A DNA stretch of 64,000 bases from Octopus sinensis (GCF_006345805.1 NC_043002.1:45136001-45200000), one strand, 5' to 3'. Positions 49,641 through 62,573 are shown, counted from the first letter of the stretch. Notes: generated by a model from the sequence alone, not told the origin. Numbers and translations are program-made.

Positions 49641-51078
49641 TGTGACAATTACGTAAATTATTCCCATTCAAAAATTTTTATATTTATTCTTTCTGTGTAA
49701 AAATATATCTACTGATCTGCACGTTATGTTAAACTGTACTACGATGGCGATGTCAAACATACCAAAACGTATGCACACAGTTTTTGCTTCCTTGAAAAGA
49801 AAGATTCAACTGTCCGTTCCCTAAGCATATTAGGTGAACTTGAGGAGCTTTTTCGTAATTATTTGAAATTATGCACTCTTCACTTTGAGGAGTACGAACA
49901 AATGACGCATTTAATTTTGAATTCTGTCACGACTTCGAAATTTCCGTTATTACCTACGACATATATAAGTATCATATTATACACAAATATCTGTGTTCCT
50001 ATATGTGTTTGAGTCTCTAGAGTAACTTCTTCACCATTTTTAAATAGCACTTTAAATTTGTGATAGTTTCGTTTGCCGTTGAAATTGTTCTTCTAAATTA
50101 TGCGACACGACATAGTAACATTTGCCTTGATTACATAGGTATTTCGACATTCAAGAAACTTTACTAGCATTAACTTAATTGTCTCTTTGGTATTCTATAA
50201 ATGTTCCTGCTTTTGATATGGTCCTGACATTTAACAGTAACAATCTTTGTGATGCACTGTAGCCATCAGCATTCCAATGATCGTAATTGCCTTTTATATC
50301 ATACCGATCTTTCACGGTAATGAAGAAAGCTTGAAATTATTTGGTCCAAACATTGTTGGATATCATGATTTGATTAGCATTTCTAAATGAAAGTGTACTG
50401 AGACTGCTGAGAGCCTTCTCTCAGAATACCTGTATATCGGAATCTAAAAGTGCAGTTAATGGAAAGAAAATAAGAGGACCGAATTAACAAGTGTTATTGC
50501 TGAATCCACAGTAACATTCCTAATAGTAATTTTTTTTAATGAAACATCTATTACACAGATCACTTACCGTAAATACCTTTGGTTTAATCATCTGCTGTCA
50601 GAATAAACAAACGTATAAGCATGATTCGTTGCAATAAGTAAGAAAAGAACGAATCTCTTCATTGTAAAGTGTTTTGTTTTTGATGAGATGTCTTTGTATG
50701 TAACAGACGTTATTTTATGATAAAAACAATGAATAGACAAAACTGATTTGATGAGTTAAAATCGTTACATAGATAAACTTCACTCGTTTAAATATGGATT
50801 TCTTTTCAATACTCGTAGGACTAAATTTTAGCAAAAGAGGTGAATATAGTCGATTGAATAGATTTCTTTATGTTACTGATGTCAAAACATGATCTTCCAT
50901 GAACGACGAAGTTGACTCCAGTGGGATTTGAAAGTAGCGAGTCGAAAAAGTAAAGTAATATACTTGGATACTCCAACATCCATTCGTTAAAATTTTTGGA
51001 AGTGCTGTCTCATCGGGAATCAAAATTGATTCACAGATACAGTCCAACGAATTTAGTACTTGCTACACTCCTATTCAA

Positions 51079-51151
51079 ATATAGAACGCTCAGTCAGGAG
51101 AGAGTTAAACTAAATATCTAAAGGTTTCTGGTTCAATACCGGGTTTCGGCA
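51079..51151 (+). pseudogene. tRNA-Phe pseudogene
   Basis: gctcagtcaggagagagttaaactaaatatctaaaggtttctggttcaataccgggtttcggca aligns to eukaryotic tRNA-Phe (GCTCAGTTGGGAGAGCGTTAGACTGAAGATCTAAAGGTCCCTGGTTCGATCCCGGGTTTCGGCA). The 5' acceptor strand is lost and the anticodon is mutated. Confidence 0.75.
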
Positions 51152-52081
51152 TATGGTGGTTAATCTGCTTCCTTCAATGGTATCCCAGCATGACCGCCGT
51201 CTAATGACAGAAACAAGTAAAAGATAATTAGACATATAATTGTAAATAATTGAGTTAACATCTTTTCTACAGGTTGTATTTATTCTTTTGACTTGAGAAG
51301 GATAAAAGCCAAATCCCAGCGAGATTTAAAGACAAATGGTGAAAACTAAGCAGAGTAGAGCATCTAGCTCAGCGTTCTTGTATTTCGAATTTAATATAAG
51401 GAGAGCAATTTCTCGGTTTCGTTCGTTTAAATATTAAATCTACATATGTTCTGGTTGATTTCTCTCTCGCTATCTTTTTTATTTCAGTACATCTTTCACA
51501 TGTTGAATTTACAAAACCATAAATACATTAGACATTTTTACCCATCACAAAATTTTATTTTTTGTGTAGAAGCTGAAGGTATATGTGCACTTGAACAGCC
51601 GTTTAGATATAGCTCCGATGTCTACACATTGTTAACTTAAATTACAGTTAACAGCTTTTAACAAGAGTTGTTTAACTTCATGCCAGTCCCTGGAAATTTG
51701 CACTACGATCAATAATGTCCATTCTCAATCATCTAGTCATGTTTTATGCATAATGTATCTAAAACTGCATTACACAATCTATTCTTCCTTAGGTATGACC
51801 TGGAGGGATTTAGCTATTTCCCGCAGACACGGAATACATAGATGGCGATCCAGATGGGTCAAACATTTAACAAATTTCGATTAATAATGCAGTATAAGAT
51901 ATAAAAGAAATGAAGAGGCTTCAGGAAATGAAATTCTACACTCCATGAAATTTGACAACTTTAAGAGAATCCGAATAACAAGCCTGAGCTTTATACATAC
52001 AGTATCTCTTTTCATAGTAAAAACTCACTCCCCCACCCTATCATTCTTTCTCTGTCAGTCTGTCTCCTTCGCTTTCTCTCA

Positions 52082-52130
<49 letters not shown>

Positions 52131-52138
52131 TACATATA

Positions 52139-52493
52139 TACAGAACAAACGTTATACTTACATATACGATCGTCCATACATACATATATATGCACGTATG
52201 TACAAGGCCAGTTCAAATTGCCCGCCAACCACCTCATATGCACGATATGGTCAAAATAAACACCGCAGTGAATATAGTGACGAATTATATAAATTTATAA
52301 ATAAGGATAATATCGGTATTATCAAGTGGTCAGCATGGGAATAAATACCATACAAAGGTAATACATTTTTTACAACTAAAAATAAGGGTGTCTGAGAGAC
52401 ACCACCATGCCGAAATAGCAGTCAAATCCCTGACTCTAAGAACCACCTTAAATTTTCATATCGCACCATGAGATAAGTATAACGTTTGTTCTG

Positions 52494-52547
<54 letters not shown>

Positions 52548-52870
52548 TTATGCGTCCATCTAATATATTCAACCGATGAAGGCAGAGATTATTTGGAGCA
52601 AAGCTAGAAATCCAGGATCTTGAATTATTCAGTAATATTTTTTGCTAGTCTATTTTGTCCCTCTGTCTTATCTCATGGTGCGATATGAACATTTAAGGTG
52701 GTTTTTAGAGTCAGGGATTTGACTGCTATTTCGGCATGGTGGTGTCTCTCAGACACCCTTATTTTTAGTTGTAAAACATTTATTATCTTTGTATGGTATT
52801 TATTCCCATGCTGACTACTTGATAATACCGATATTTAAATATCGATATTATCCTTATTTATAAATTTATA
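52139..52870. repeat. Nested inverted repeats (52288-52477 / 52667-52870 and 52139-52160 / 52474-52495), PLE-terminal-repeat-like
   Basis: The ~190-bp arms are near-identical by eye; (TA)n lies in the spacer and at the flanks. Confidence 0.85.
52567..52625 (+). ncRNA. Hammerhead motif with U4>C core change
   Basis: AUUCAA-CCGAUGA-AGGC...AGCUA-GAAAU-CCAGG-AUC^UUGAAU. Stem I is 6 bp and stem III is AUCC(A)GGAU. Confidence 0.55.
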
Positions 52871-52871
52871 G

Positions 52872-52902
<31 letters not shown>

Positions 52903-52904
<2 letters not shown>

Positions 52905-53790
52905 GAACAGCTTAAAGACCAACGCTTTTACAAGAAGCTAAAGAAAAACGAAAATAAAAGTACCACGAACAAAGTAAATCGTCTCAAAACATAAAAATAT
53001 CATTAGAGAGAATGAGGTAAATTATTTAACCAACTTCTAAGTGAAGACCAGTAACCTCTCTGAACAACCTAAAATTCTTTAATCGAAACAAATTCACGAC
53101 ATCATAAAAGAAAAAATATACATGTCAATCCCCAAAACCTATTCAAACCATATAAAGGAAAGATTCTCAAAACATTTCTTTTAGAAGGATTGAAGTTCCT
53201 GATTGAAAACAATCACGTCTCCTCTGACAATAACTTTTATTGAATAAAAAGAACAGTGATGGTGACAAAAGTAGCACCTATTTACGCAGAGCTCGTAATA
53301 GGTTTCTTAGAGGAGAAACTCTCATCCCAACTTATAAGAAACTTTTAATCAACAATTCTCGATTTACATAAAGAACAATCAGAAGCGATATTTAAATGAC
53401 TGCTTTATATTTTGGAACAAAAATCAAGATCAGGAAATCTTCCACTCACTTTTAAAGAATCTACATGCCTCGATAAAATTTACTATAGAATGGCACACGA
53501 AGAAACTACCATTTTAAAGTTGCAAACCGAGAAACATGATTTACGGTGCTACTTTCCCAGAATGCAAAAATTCTATATTGGGAAGACGAGTATTGGATTG
53601 TATGAGAGAGTAAGGGTACATAAGCAGCGAATTCATAATCTCTCTATTAGATTAGGTTATGAACATTTTGAAAACTGTAGCAAAAGAAAATTCGAAATAT
53701 TCCTATTGTTTAAAAATATGGGCAGAAAATAAGCATTTTCGAAAAGCCAAAGAAGAATATCTTATTCGTAAATAAATACACGCCAAAATA
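52903..53790 (+). pseudogene. Penelope-like RT plus GIY-YIG remnant
   Basis: TKVAPIYAELVIGFLEEKL and KRYLNDCFI (RT), then FYIGKTSIGLYERVRVHKQRI...EHFENC...KAKEEYLIRK (GIY-YIG), homologous to 13310-13700. Confidence 0.75.
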
Positions 53791-54229
53791 TTACTTAAGC
53801 TACTGCCTTTACTATTACAACAATTTTGAATCTACAAGATTTATTTGCTCGTACAAATAAAATCGTATTACAAGGCATTTCTAGTTTTACTTTTGATGTG
53901 TATGTGTGTGTGTGTGTGCATAATAATAAAGGAACTGTATTATCCCTTTTATTCCCTGATTACAGCTGTTTCAAGAACATAAATGATTTAACATATAGAT
54001 TAAATAAATGATTCAAGTTGGAAAACGGATTTATCGGTGATATTGATTATAAAAGGTGGACCAAAAGTCACGCACTAAGTTCAATACAATGCGGAATTGT
54101 CAAAAACATGTTTCAATTTTTCAAAAATTGAATAAAATAAATAAAATAATAATGAATACACACGTACTTGTATATGATGATCAGAATAAATGATGATGAT
54201 GATGATAAACAACATAGCATGGTATGTAA

Positions 54230-55165
54230 AATGCCACAGAACTGCTATTATTAGAAGTAGGAAGGTCAGGCTTGTGTAAGATGAAAGATTGCAATGACAA
54301 AGCACTATACATGAAATTGAAAACGAATGAAATTGAAAATAGGTGGGTAAAGAAAAGAATGCATGGTCAATTTCACAGGGATGTTGAAGATAAGACAGAC
54401 AGAGAAAAAAGATGGCTGTGGATGACTAAAAGTGATTTAAAACCGGAAACAGAGGCTCTGATCTGTGCTGCCCAAGAGTAAGCACTAAGAACAAACTACA
54501 TAAAATACAGAATAGACAGCACATCAGAAAGTGATATGTGCAGAATCTGTAGACAAAACGGTGAAACCGTATGACATATTAAAAGCCAATGTACGCCACT
54601 AGTCCAGAAGTAATATAAGAGACGCCACGACAATATAGCCAGGCTTGTCCATTGGACACTTTGCAACAAGTATGGACTTGACAGAGCAAAAAATTGGTAC
54701 GACCACAAACCTGAATGCATTGTCGAAAATAGAAATGCAAAGATCCTATGAGATTTTATGATTCAATGCGACCATGAGATTGAGAATAGGAAACTATGCT
54801 GGATCATAGACATAGCACGCCCAGCTGACAACAAGATATGCGATAAGGAAGAAAGAAAAGTCGAGAGATATGACAGGTTAGTTTGGGAAGTTAAGCAGTT
54901 GTGGTCGATGAAAAGAGTAGCAGTAGTACCAATAACTGTCGGAACCCTGGGAACAGTGAGCAAAAGTCCCGGGAGGTACGTGGAATAAAAAAGGGGCTGC
55001 AATAAGGGTGGAGCACTTGCAGAAAACAGCACTGCTTGGAACCGCTCGAATACTCCGGAAGTTGCTCAAAAAATAAGAGGCCTTACCTTTGGTCACTGGT
55101 AGTGAACAACTGACACTGTAGTACATCTCCAGCGTTAGAAGCTTTGCAAAGGCAACAATAATAAT
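54230..55165 (+). mobile_element. 3' fragment of an R4/Dong-clade non-LTR retrotransposon
   Basis: KRMHGQF, LKPETEALICAAQE, knuckle CRICRQNGETV*HIKSQC, YKRRHDNIAR, IIDIARPAD and VVPITVGTLG motifs. Short (AAT)n tail. Confidence 0.85.
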
Positions 55166-55477
55166 GTCAAATGTTTTGGTGTGTGACTTTTGGCCCATCC
55201 TTTATAATACTGAATATAAAATTAGTGCCCCATAATTATTGTGCATATTCATGTTGTTAAATGATTTTCTTTTCGGCCCAAATGTTCTTGAAAGAACTAT
55301 AATCAAAGAATAAATGTGGCATCAGTTTTTCTATCTTTTGCTTATTTTATACTCAGCAATTGAAGAAAACTTCCTGAATTTTCAGTTTGTACGAAACATA
55401 TGCTTCTATTCTACATTTGCCTAATGAGGAACGGAATGGATTCCTGGATCACCTTCTATATATAAACAGGGAGAGAG

Positions 55478-55488
55478 ACCGACCGACC

Positions 55489-55550
<62 letters not shown>

Positions 55551-55575
55551 TAGATAGATAGATAGATAGATAGAT

Positions 55576-55626
<51 letters not shown>
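55478..55626. repeat. Compound (GACC)(GACA)n(GATA)n microsatellite
   Basis: Direct inspection; a further (GATA)n follows the SINE at 55929-56003. Confidence 0.9.
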
Positions 55627-55629
55627 TTT

Positions 55630-55927
55630 TTTATTTATGCGCCCTTTTCAAGCCTAGCCAGGCTCATAGGCCCGGTTTCCCAGTTTCTGTGGTATATGTG
55701 TTCCGCCCAGCTGGGCGGGATGCCAGTCCATCGCAGCGTTACCCAAGAAACAGGAAGAAAGAGTGAGAGAAAGTTGGGGCGAAAGAGTACAACAAGGGTC
55801 GCCACCACCCCCTGCCGGAGCCTCGTAGAGCTTTAGGTGTTTTCGCTCAATAAACACACACAACGCTCGGTCTGGGAATCGAAACCGCGAGTCCGCTGCC
55901 CTAATCACTGAGCCATTGCGCCTCCAC

Positions 55928-55928
<1 letters not shown>
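55630..55928 (-). mobile_element. SINE sharing head and body with 21140-21444 but with a different 3' tail, inserted in (GATA)n
   Basis: caccaccccctgccggag...ggtctgggaatcgaaacc...gccattgcgcctccac is shared; the tail ctagccaggctcataggcccggtttccc is unique to it. Confidence 0.8.
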
Positions 55929-56004
<76 letters not shown>

Positions 56005-56217
56005 TTCGAAATTAACGACGAAAATTACAAAATGAAGAGATGGACTTAGTCCAATACTCAACGAGAGATAAAAAAAGTGGAAGTGTCTTTGACGTTTGAA
56101 GTTTGGGCTTTTTTTCAGAAAGCTAGTTAGAAGGAAAATGTATGGATGTTTGGTTGGGTGAGTGAACGAGTGATTGTGTGTGTGTGTCTGTCTGTCCGTC
56201 TGTCCGTCTGTGTGTCC

Positions 56218-56256
<39 letters not shown>

Positions 56257-56924
56257 GGAGAAACAAGTATGAATTCGAAGTCTCTTCTTACTCAGATTTT
56301 CCCGTCAAGTTTTAACCGATAACAATTGAAACTTATTCGAACGTGCAGTATACAGCTAACTTTCCTTTTGATCTTAATCATCCATTTATTCCTGACCCTC
56401 GCAGTATTCCTCAGAATTACCAATAAAAAAATGGAAAATAACGAGGTCAGTATATTAAAAACAATAAAGAATTACTCAATATTTAACCTACCCATTTCTA
56501 TAAAGATTCTCTCCAATGGGAAGTTTTTTTTATCAATAATCAATTAATAGTTTTTAAAAGAACGAACAAAACCTAAAATTAGATTGATTGACAAAACAAT
56601 AGTTAAAATATATTTGAACTTATTATTTTCAGCATAGATTATGAAGTATTGTTTTGCAATATGTATGATGGAAAAATTTCTTCTCTTAAGAAGGAAAAAA
56701 TTTTCAGCAATTGTTTTCATTTTCGAAAAGTAAACGAAGTTTGCGTGATAAAAGATTTAAACAAAGAAACTGAATACAGGCTGCAAATGTGGCATTGTTT
56801 TGCTATTATTCTTTCAATTATACACTCGTGTTACTTGATGGAATGACATATGCAAATGGCAGAAAATAGTAGATACTAATGTTGCTCGCAAAAATTATGG
56901 CGAGGGCAAAAAACAGGCACTCTA

Positions 56925-57235
56925 TCGATTACGACGACGAGGGTCGCAGTTGATCCAATCAACAGACAGCCTGCTCGGGAAATTAAATTGCAAGTGGCTG
57001 AGCACTCCACAGACACCCTTACTCTTAACCTAGTTTTCAGGGAGATTCAGCGTGACACAGATTGTGACGTGGCTGGCCCTTTGAAATACAGGTACTACTC
57101 ATTCTTGCCTGGTGAGTGGACTGGAGCAACGTGAAATAAAGTGTCTTGCTCAAGGACTCAACGCGTCGCCGAGAATTTAACTCGCGAGCTTACGATTGTG
57201 ATCCGAATACGCTAACCACTAAGCCACGCGCCTTC
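56925..57235 (-). mobile_element. tRNA-derived SINE, third family
   Basis: Head rc of taaccactaagccacgcgcc, body gtgtcttgctcaagga and gtggctgagcactccacagac. Homologous to 61730-62030. Confidence 0.75.
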
Positions 57236-57602
57236 ATTTATAATGTTGTCATAAAGATTATTCACAAGGATATCTATAAATGTTTATTTTTTTCATCCAC
57301 AGTGTTTATGTAAGTATATTTTCCAATGTGTTCGTATTTTTAAGACTATAGAGTGAAATGAGAGTAATATTTAGTTACTATTTCTCACAGAATGAGAGAC
57401 CATGAAGCTGATCCCACATTTGCTTTAGTTTTCGGATGTAGGAAGCTAGATGATTAGATATACCTTTGAACTTTTCATTATTGCAAAAAATTCATTAAAC
57501 AACGAAATTTGAGACAGAAATAATGGAGAGATAGGGTATAAGTCTCAGAAACCGATAAGATACTCTTTTCGTTGCAACTGAGAAGCTCTTTAAATATGTA
57601 CC

Positions 57603-58060
57603 TATTAGGTCATCCCATAAGTTCTGTCCGATTTTACCTTTTTAAAATTGAATAAAATTTAATAGTATTTTAGAATGTCTAATGGAATTTAAAATTACTT
57701 TTATGCATTTGTGTACATTTAAACTAATTTACAGAATAATAGAATTAAAATTTCTTTGATTAAAACCCTTTCTAACATGGAAGTATCCAAACAGCATTTG
57801 AGGCACATAATGCTTTATGAGTACAAAAGAGGAAACTCTGCCGCCGAAGCGACTTGAAACATACACTCAGTTTATGGGAAAGAGTGCTTGAACGAAAGAA
57901 TTTGCAGAAGATGGTTTGCAAAATTCAGAAGTGAAGATTTCAAACTTGAAGTTGAAGATCGAAGAGGACGTTCAGTTGAGTTTGATGATAAGCTCCTTGA
58001 GGCATTACTTGAAGAAAATCTTGCATTATAACTTGAAGAATTGGCAATAGAGCTAAATAA
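57603..58060 (+). mobile_element. Mariner transposon 5' part (TIR plus N-terminal HTH, from ATG 57777)
   Basis: TA followed by ttaggtcatcccataagttctgtccg. Translation MEVSKQHLRHIMLYEYKRGNSAAEAT*NIHSVYGKECLNERICRRWFAKFRSEDF...RRGR is Mos1/SETMAR-like. Confidence 0.85.
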
Positions 58061-58307
58061 ACCCGGCGAGATAGTCACGTACATTGTAAAACTATGTAAC
58101 TAGACATAATATTGATTTCCATCTCCCTGACATTGCCACTCCATGACTTTCTGAATATTTGAAAATAAAAATAAGAATGTTTCGAGTGGATAAAGATACT
58201 AGTTGTAAGTTCATATCCTATTACTGGTTTTGTTTTATATTCTAATCTAGTAACGTACCAACAAGTAATAGTATCAAATTCTTTCAAATCATATTCAAGC
58301 GTTTAAA

Positions 58308-58540
58308 GTGGAGGCGAGTGGCTTACTGGTTAGGGTTCTACGACTCATGAGTTCAATTTTTGGATTAGGTGATGTGTGGTGTTCTTGAGCAAAACACTTC
58401 ATTTCACTTTGCTCCAGGTCTCAGATGGAAAAAATGAGTATACTTGCGAGAAACCGGCGTCCCGTCTAGCGGAGAGTATATATATATACACCAGAGAATT
58501 CGGGAAACCGGCCCTATGAGTCTATATGGTTCGGAAAGGA
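58308..58540 (+). mobile_element. Degenerate SINE
   Basis: gtggaggcgagtggcttactggttaggg...ttgagcaaaacacttcatttcac...gggaaaccggccctatgagtc. Confidence 0.6.
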
Positions 58541-58822
58541 GCTAGCATTAAAAAAGGATGGAAAGAGTGGACAATGTAAGGGGCGGATGGTTGAGTTGGT
58601 TAGGCTCTGGACAAACTCCCAACAAGCATTTATATTACGTTTTATGTAAGAATCCTGTCGAAGTCCCTTTCATCTCTCTGATATAGTGGATACAATAAGT
58701 TCCCTTCAAGTTTCTAAACCAATGCAAGTGACTGTTTTCTCCCCCAAAATTTAAATATGAGTAACAGTATTCAAGCTGTCTCTCATGAATATTACTTCTT
58801 TGTTACTTAAGTTCCCAACATT

Positions 58823-58877
58823 TCGCTTCCTCCTTGCATCCTGCTTCCTCCTTGCACCCCGCTTCCTCCTTGCATCA
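58823..58877. repeat. 18-bp minisatellite, 3 copies
   Basis: (c/t)gcttcctccttgca(t/c)cc x3. Confidence 0.8.
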
Positions 58878-60289
58878 CATGTATTTTTGCAACCTGCTGG
58901 CCGTAGAATTCCGAAAAATAACGACTCTGACAATACCCATGCAACGCAATCCACAATTCAACAAAACGTTGTTTCTTTCTTTCTTTCTTTTTTTGCTGTC
59001 TTTCTGTTTTTTTTATTTTAGAATAAACTAGCAGTATTGCCCGGCTCGTGCGTTCTATGCACGCGCGAATTAAGCCAAACTTGGATGAAGTTCAATCAAA
59101 ATTCAATTATTTTGGTTTTAAAATCAAGCATTTAATGCCCTCTATTTTTGCGCTTATGTGTTCCATTTCCTCAATAGGAAGTACGTAGAAGCGTTTCATA
59201 AATTTTTGTTGATCAAATAATTGCATTGTTGAATTATTCTTTTAGATCAGTATTTCTCAACGGGGATTTCAGGGAGTCGCTGGCGATGTATCATGATGAT
59301 CAAAAATCCGGCCTGCTAAAATTTGGTTAAAGTGATTCAAACTGCAGACTCAACGCAAAATGGTCACATTTAATTCAAAGCGTTAAAAATGTTATGAAAA
59401 CAATTGGTATAGCCCGAGATATCGTGATTATATGTAGTGTATGTATGTGTGTATGTATGTGCATGTATCTATATGTATGCATGTATGTATGTATGTATAT
59501 GTATATATAGAATCACGTATGTATGTATGTATGTATGTAAGTATATTGGTCCTAAATACCCCCAGTAGTGGGTCCTGGCTAGGGATTTCCAGGGTTCTGA
59601 AGAGTGTGGAATCACTTCTTAGCCATTATTGTTCCCAGAACTACTCTGAACCAGTGTCGTAGCACCAGTCAAGCTCCCAGATATGGGTTAATTAGTAAGT
59701 CAGTCGGGCAGATGGATCTCGTTATCCTGTGGAACGGCAACCCATCTAAGGAACAGAAAACTTTGATTCCAAACCTACCCTAGCTGGTAGTGATATCCAG
59801 CTATGGTAAAGGCTTGGAAAGTTAACCCTGGTTGAAAAATTGAAGTCAGAGCCTCTGAGACGGTTCAACAACCTCGTTATGTCACATCCTACGACGAAAC
59901 TGATGCCAAATAGTAACGGCCGTGTTGTTCTTTTGCATCCATTAGTGATGTAGAGAGGGACACCTTACATGGGCAACAACCTGTCCCCCATATCATACTG
60001 CCCAAGCTTCGATCCTATCGGACACCCTATACTTCCAGTAGAGCAGACAAACTTCATTCATGGTCATTAATGACAGAAGGAAGCCACAAAGAGTATGTAA
60101 GTATGCATGCATACGTGTATATATATGTATGTGTGTGTTATTTTCAACTGCGCTGCCAGTAAAAATTGGCATTGGTGAGAGAAAGTTTATAACGAGCATT
60201 CGTTCTTCGCAGTAGAATTTTGAAAATACCTTAATTTGGTTCAACACCACATCGTGAACATCATCATGCGGGGAGCAGGAGAGGTGTCT

Positions 60290-60475
60290 TTTTACTTGTG
60301 TTTCTCTCTTGGCGCTTGACAACCGCTATTTGTTCGTTTACATATCTGAAACGTAGTTGTTCGGCAAAAATAAGTGTCAGGTTCAAATTTAGTACGAAGT
60401 TGATTTGATCGACTAAACTCTTGAAGGTGGCGGCCTTATGCAGCGGTTGCCTCATAACTGAGACGCGTAAAAAAA
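60290..60475 (+). mobile_element. Degenerate SINE 3' half
   Basis: gcttgacaaccg...gttcggcaaaa...gatttgatcgactaaactcttgaaggtggcggcc. Confidence 0.6.
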
Positions 60476-60505
60476 CCAAGATTAGACATTTTATCACGTT
60501 CACTA

Positions 60506-61668
60506 ATTTCTTTTATTCGGCATACAGGCCATAACACAGAGGGGACAACACAAGGTCATAACAAAAACATTTAGGGGCTGGGGTTATACCTTAGTGAAAA
60601 ATCGAATATAATGAAATCGGATGAATTTACACAGTACAATGAGATCGAAATGAATTTTTAAATTATATTTTGATATATTGCTTGGGTTCGTGTTCGACCC
60701 GCCGGTTTTTTCCTTTTTCTTTAACTTTTTATAATACCCTTTTTTAATTATTTTTTCCTTCCGTTTTTTTTTTTCCTTTTTTTCTGTTCAGACCGGCTAC
60801 ACTAGCGCGGCCACATTCACTCTCAACTTCCTTACGACATTTGTCCATCTTTTCTCAAACGCTCTTCGAGACATCGAGGTAGGCATCTTTTCTCCAGACT
60901 GATCTTTCTGGACAGGTGGTAGTTAAAAAAATCTAACCAACCCGTGTTCGGAGATAAAGTTGCCTGTCTCAATTCTTCTTCCACACGTCACCCATAAAGT
61001 CTCTTTCAATACGGCTAGTACGCAGAAAACTGAAACCTCCTTTTCCTTGTTAAAGGAGGGAGGCGGCACAATCCTGATGATAGACTCAGTCGATAACCGT
61101 GCTCTTTCCATATCTGACACCAATTGTTCAGCATAGGTTATCAGTCCCCTTAGTTCCTCAAAATGTACGAAGGCGTGTGTGACAGTTTCACTCGGGCATG
61201 TGGGTGGGATACTAGCACCATGCCTTGACAACCTCTCTCAAACTGGCAAAGCCGCTCGGTAACACAACCAGGTCAGGAATTTCTGGAAGTTGTCCAGATA
61301 CCTCGGCCCGAATGTTCTTCCGAACAGGTTGACAAGCTGTTCTTCGTCGAAGCTTAGAGTCTCCACTAGGACGTCGTCGAACATGTGCTCTACCAACCCC
61401 CTATAAAAATCCGCAGTGGTAACCCCGCTGCCAGTATTGCTCACACAGGAGAACAGGGCGAGTCCATGTCTGAACTCCTTCTGTCATTCGCTCATTTTCT
61501 GTCTCCGCGTGAACCATGCACCTACGTCAATTGTGGCAGGAAGAACTTAACATATGGTGACCACACCCGTTCACGATCCAGGTAGAGCCAGAGGTGTGTC
61601 TCAGCCTCAGCGCATACATGCGCATCATCAGCCAAGGCATTCCTAACCCACTCTGTAACGGTTTCTGG
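60506..61668 (-). mobile_element. 5'-truncated Tx1/L1-group LINE with 17-bp TSD
   Basis: TSD ttttatcacgttcacta at 60489-60505 and 61669-61685. PLQSGLGMPWLMMR..ALRLRH/LWLYLD, WLCYRAALPV and CPSETVTHAFVH (C-terminal zf-RVT region). The 3' UTR ends in aataaaagaaatt. Confidence 0.85.
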
Positions 61669-61729
61669 TTTTATCACGTTCACTATTGTCCTTTTGGTTA
61701 GTATTGCGCTTTTATTTATTATCATACAC

Positions 61730-62030
61730 ATAGCTTAGTGATTAGGATAATCATGCTTGTGAGTTCGATTCCTGGTGGCGTATTGTGTCCTTGAGCAAGA
61801 CATTTTATTTCACGTTGCTCCAGTCTACTCAGCTGGCAAAAATGAGTAGTGCCTATAATTCAAAGGACCAGACCTTTCTGTTTCTTATCTCTCAGTTTCC
61901 CTGAGAACTACATTAAGGGTATACGTGTCTGTGGAGTACCTAGACACTTGCACGTTAATATCATGTGCAGGCTGTTCTATTGGTCAGACCAACTGGAACA
62001 CTGGTCATCGTAACCCACGGAGTGCCAGTT
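61730..62030 (+). mobile_element. tRNA-derived SINE (family of 56925-57235)
   Basis: gagttcgattcc B box, tgtccttgagcaagacattttatttcacgttgctccagt and gtgtctgtggagtac. Confidence 0.75.
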
Positions 62031-62573
62031 ACTCGCTGCTTTTTTTAGCATTCTTTTTTGTTGTTGCCATTATATTTATCATGAGCATTTGTTAACTACC
62101 TTAAAAATGTCCATTTTTTATATATTTTTATGGTTAGAATTATTAGCAGTGTTCTATCTATTGTTTTTCCCTGTATAACACATTTCCAGTAAGTTACTAT
62201 AATTTATCATCCTTTAGATTTGTAAAAATTTATCCCGTCTTAAAATATAACAACGCTTAACGTTATTATTTATTCCAAATATCCGTGTGTGTATCAAAAC
62301 TTTGATTTTTTCCTGCTCCCTCCAACTTTATTACTTCGGCGCATCTTCCACCATCATCAATTTCCAATCTTCTTTTTCTCGTCTTCTCCCCCTTACAACT
62401 CCCGCGTTCCTATAATATCTATTACTTTGAACCTTGACTCCACCGACGCTCTTTCTACTTTATCCCTATCTCTCTTTTATCCATCCTAGTCAATCCTTTC
62501 CTTAGCCTCTTTTCTTCTGTCCATCGTTTCATTTAGCCTTTTCCTTCAAAAACTTCTCTCTTGGCATATCTCA

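Noticed and set aside
49800-50662. Possible spliced secreted-protein gene on the minus strand (MKRFVLFLLIA..., gtaagt donor, ttttag acceptor)
   Set aside because: There is a stop before the donor and stops in all frames downstream, with no recognisable homology. At best it is an unprovable pseudogene.
52409-52419. gccgaaatagc matching the 5' end missing from the tRNA-Phe pseudogene
   Set aside because: It is only 11 nt, lies 1.3 kb away on the wrong side and sits within an unrelated repeat, so it is likely chance.
59248-59280. cagtatttctcaac hAT-like terminus as the missing right end of the 44122 element
   Set aside because: It is in the wrong orientation and sequence for that TIR, and no partner TIR was found.
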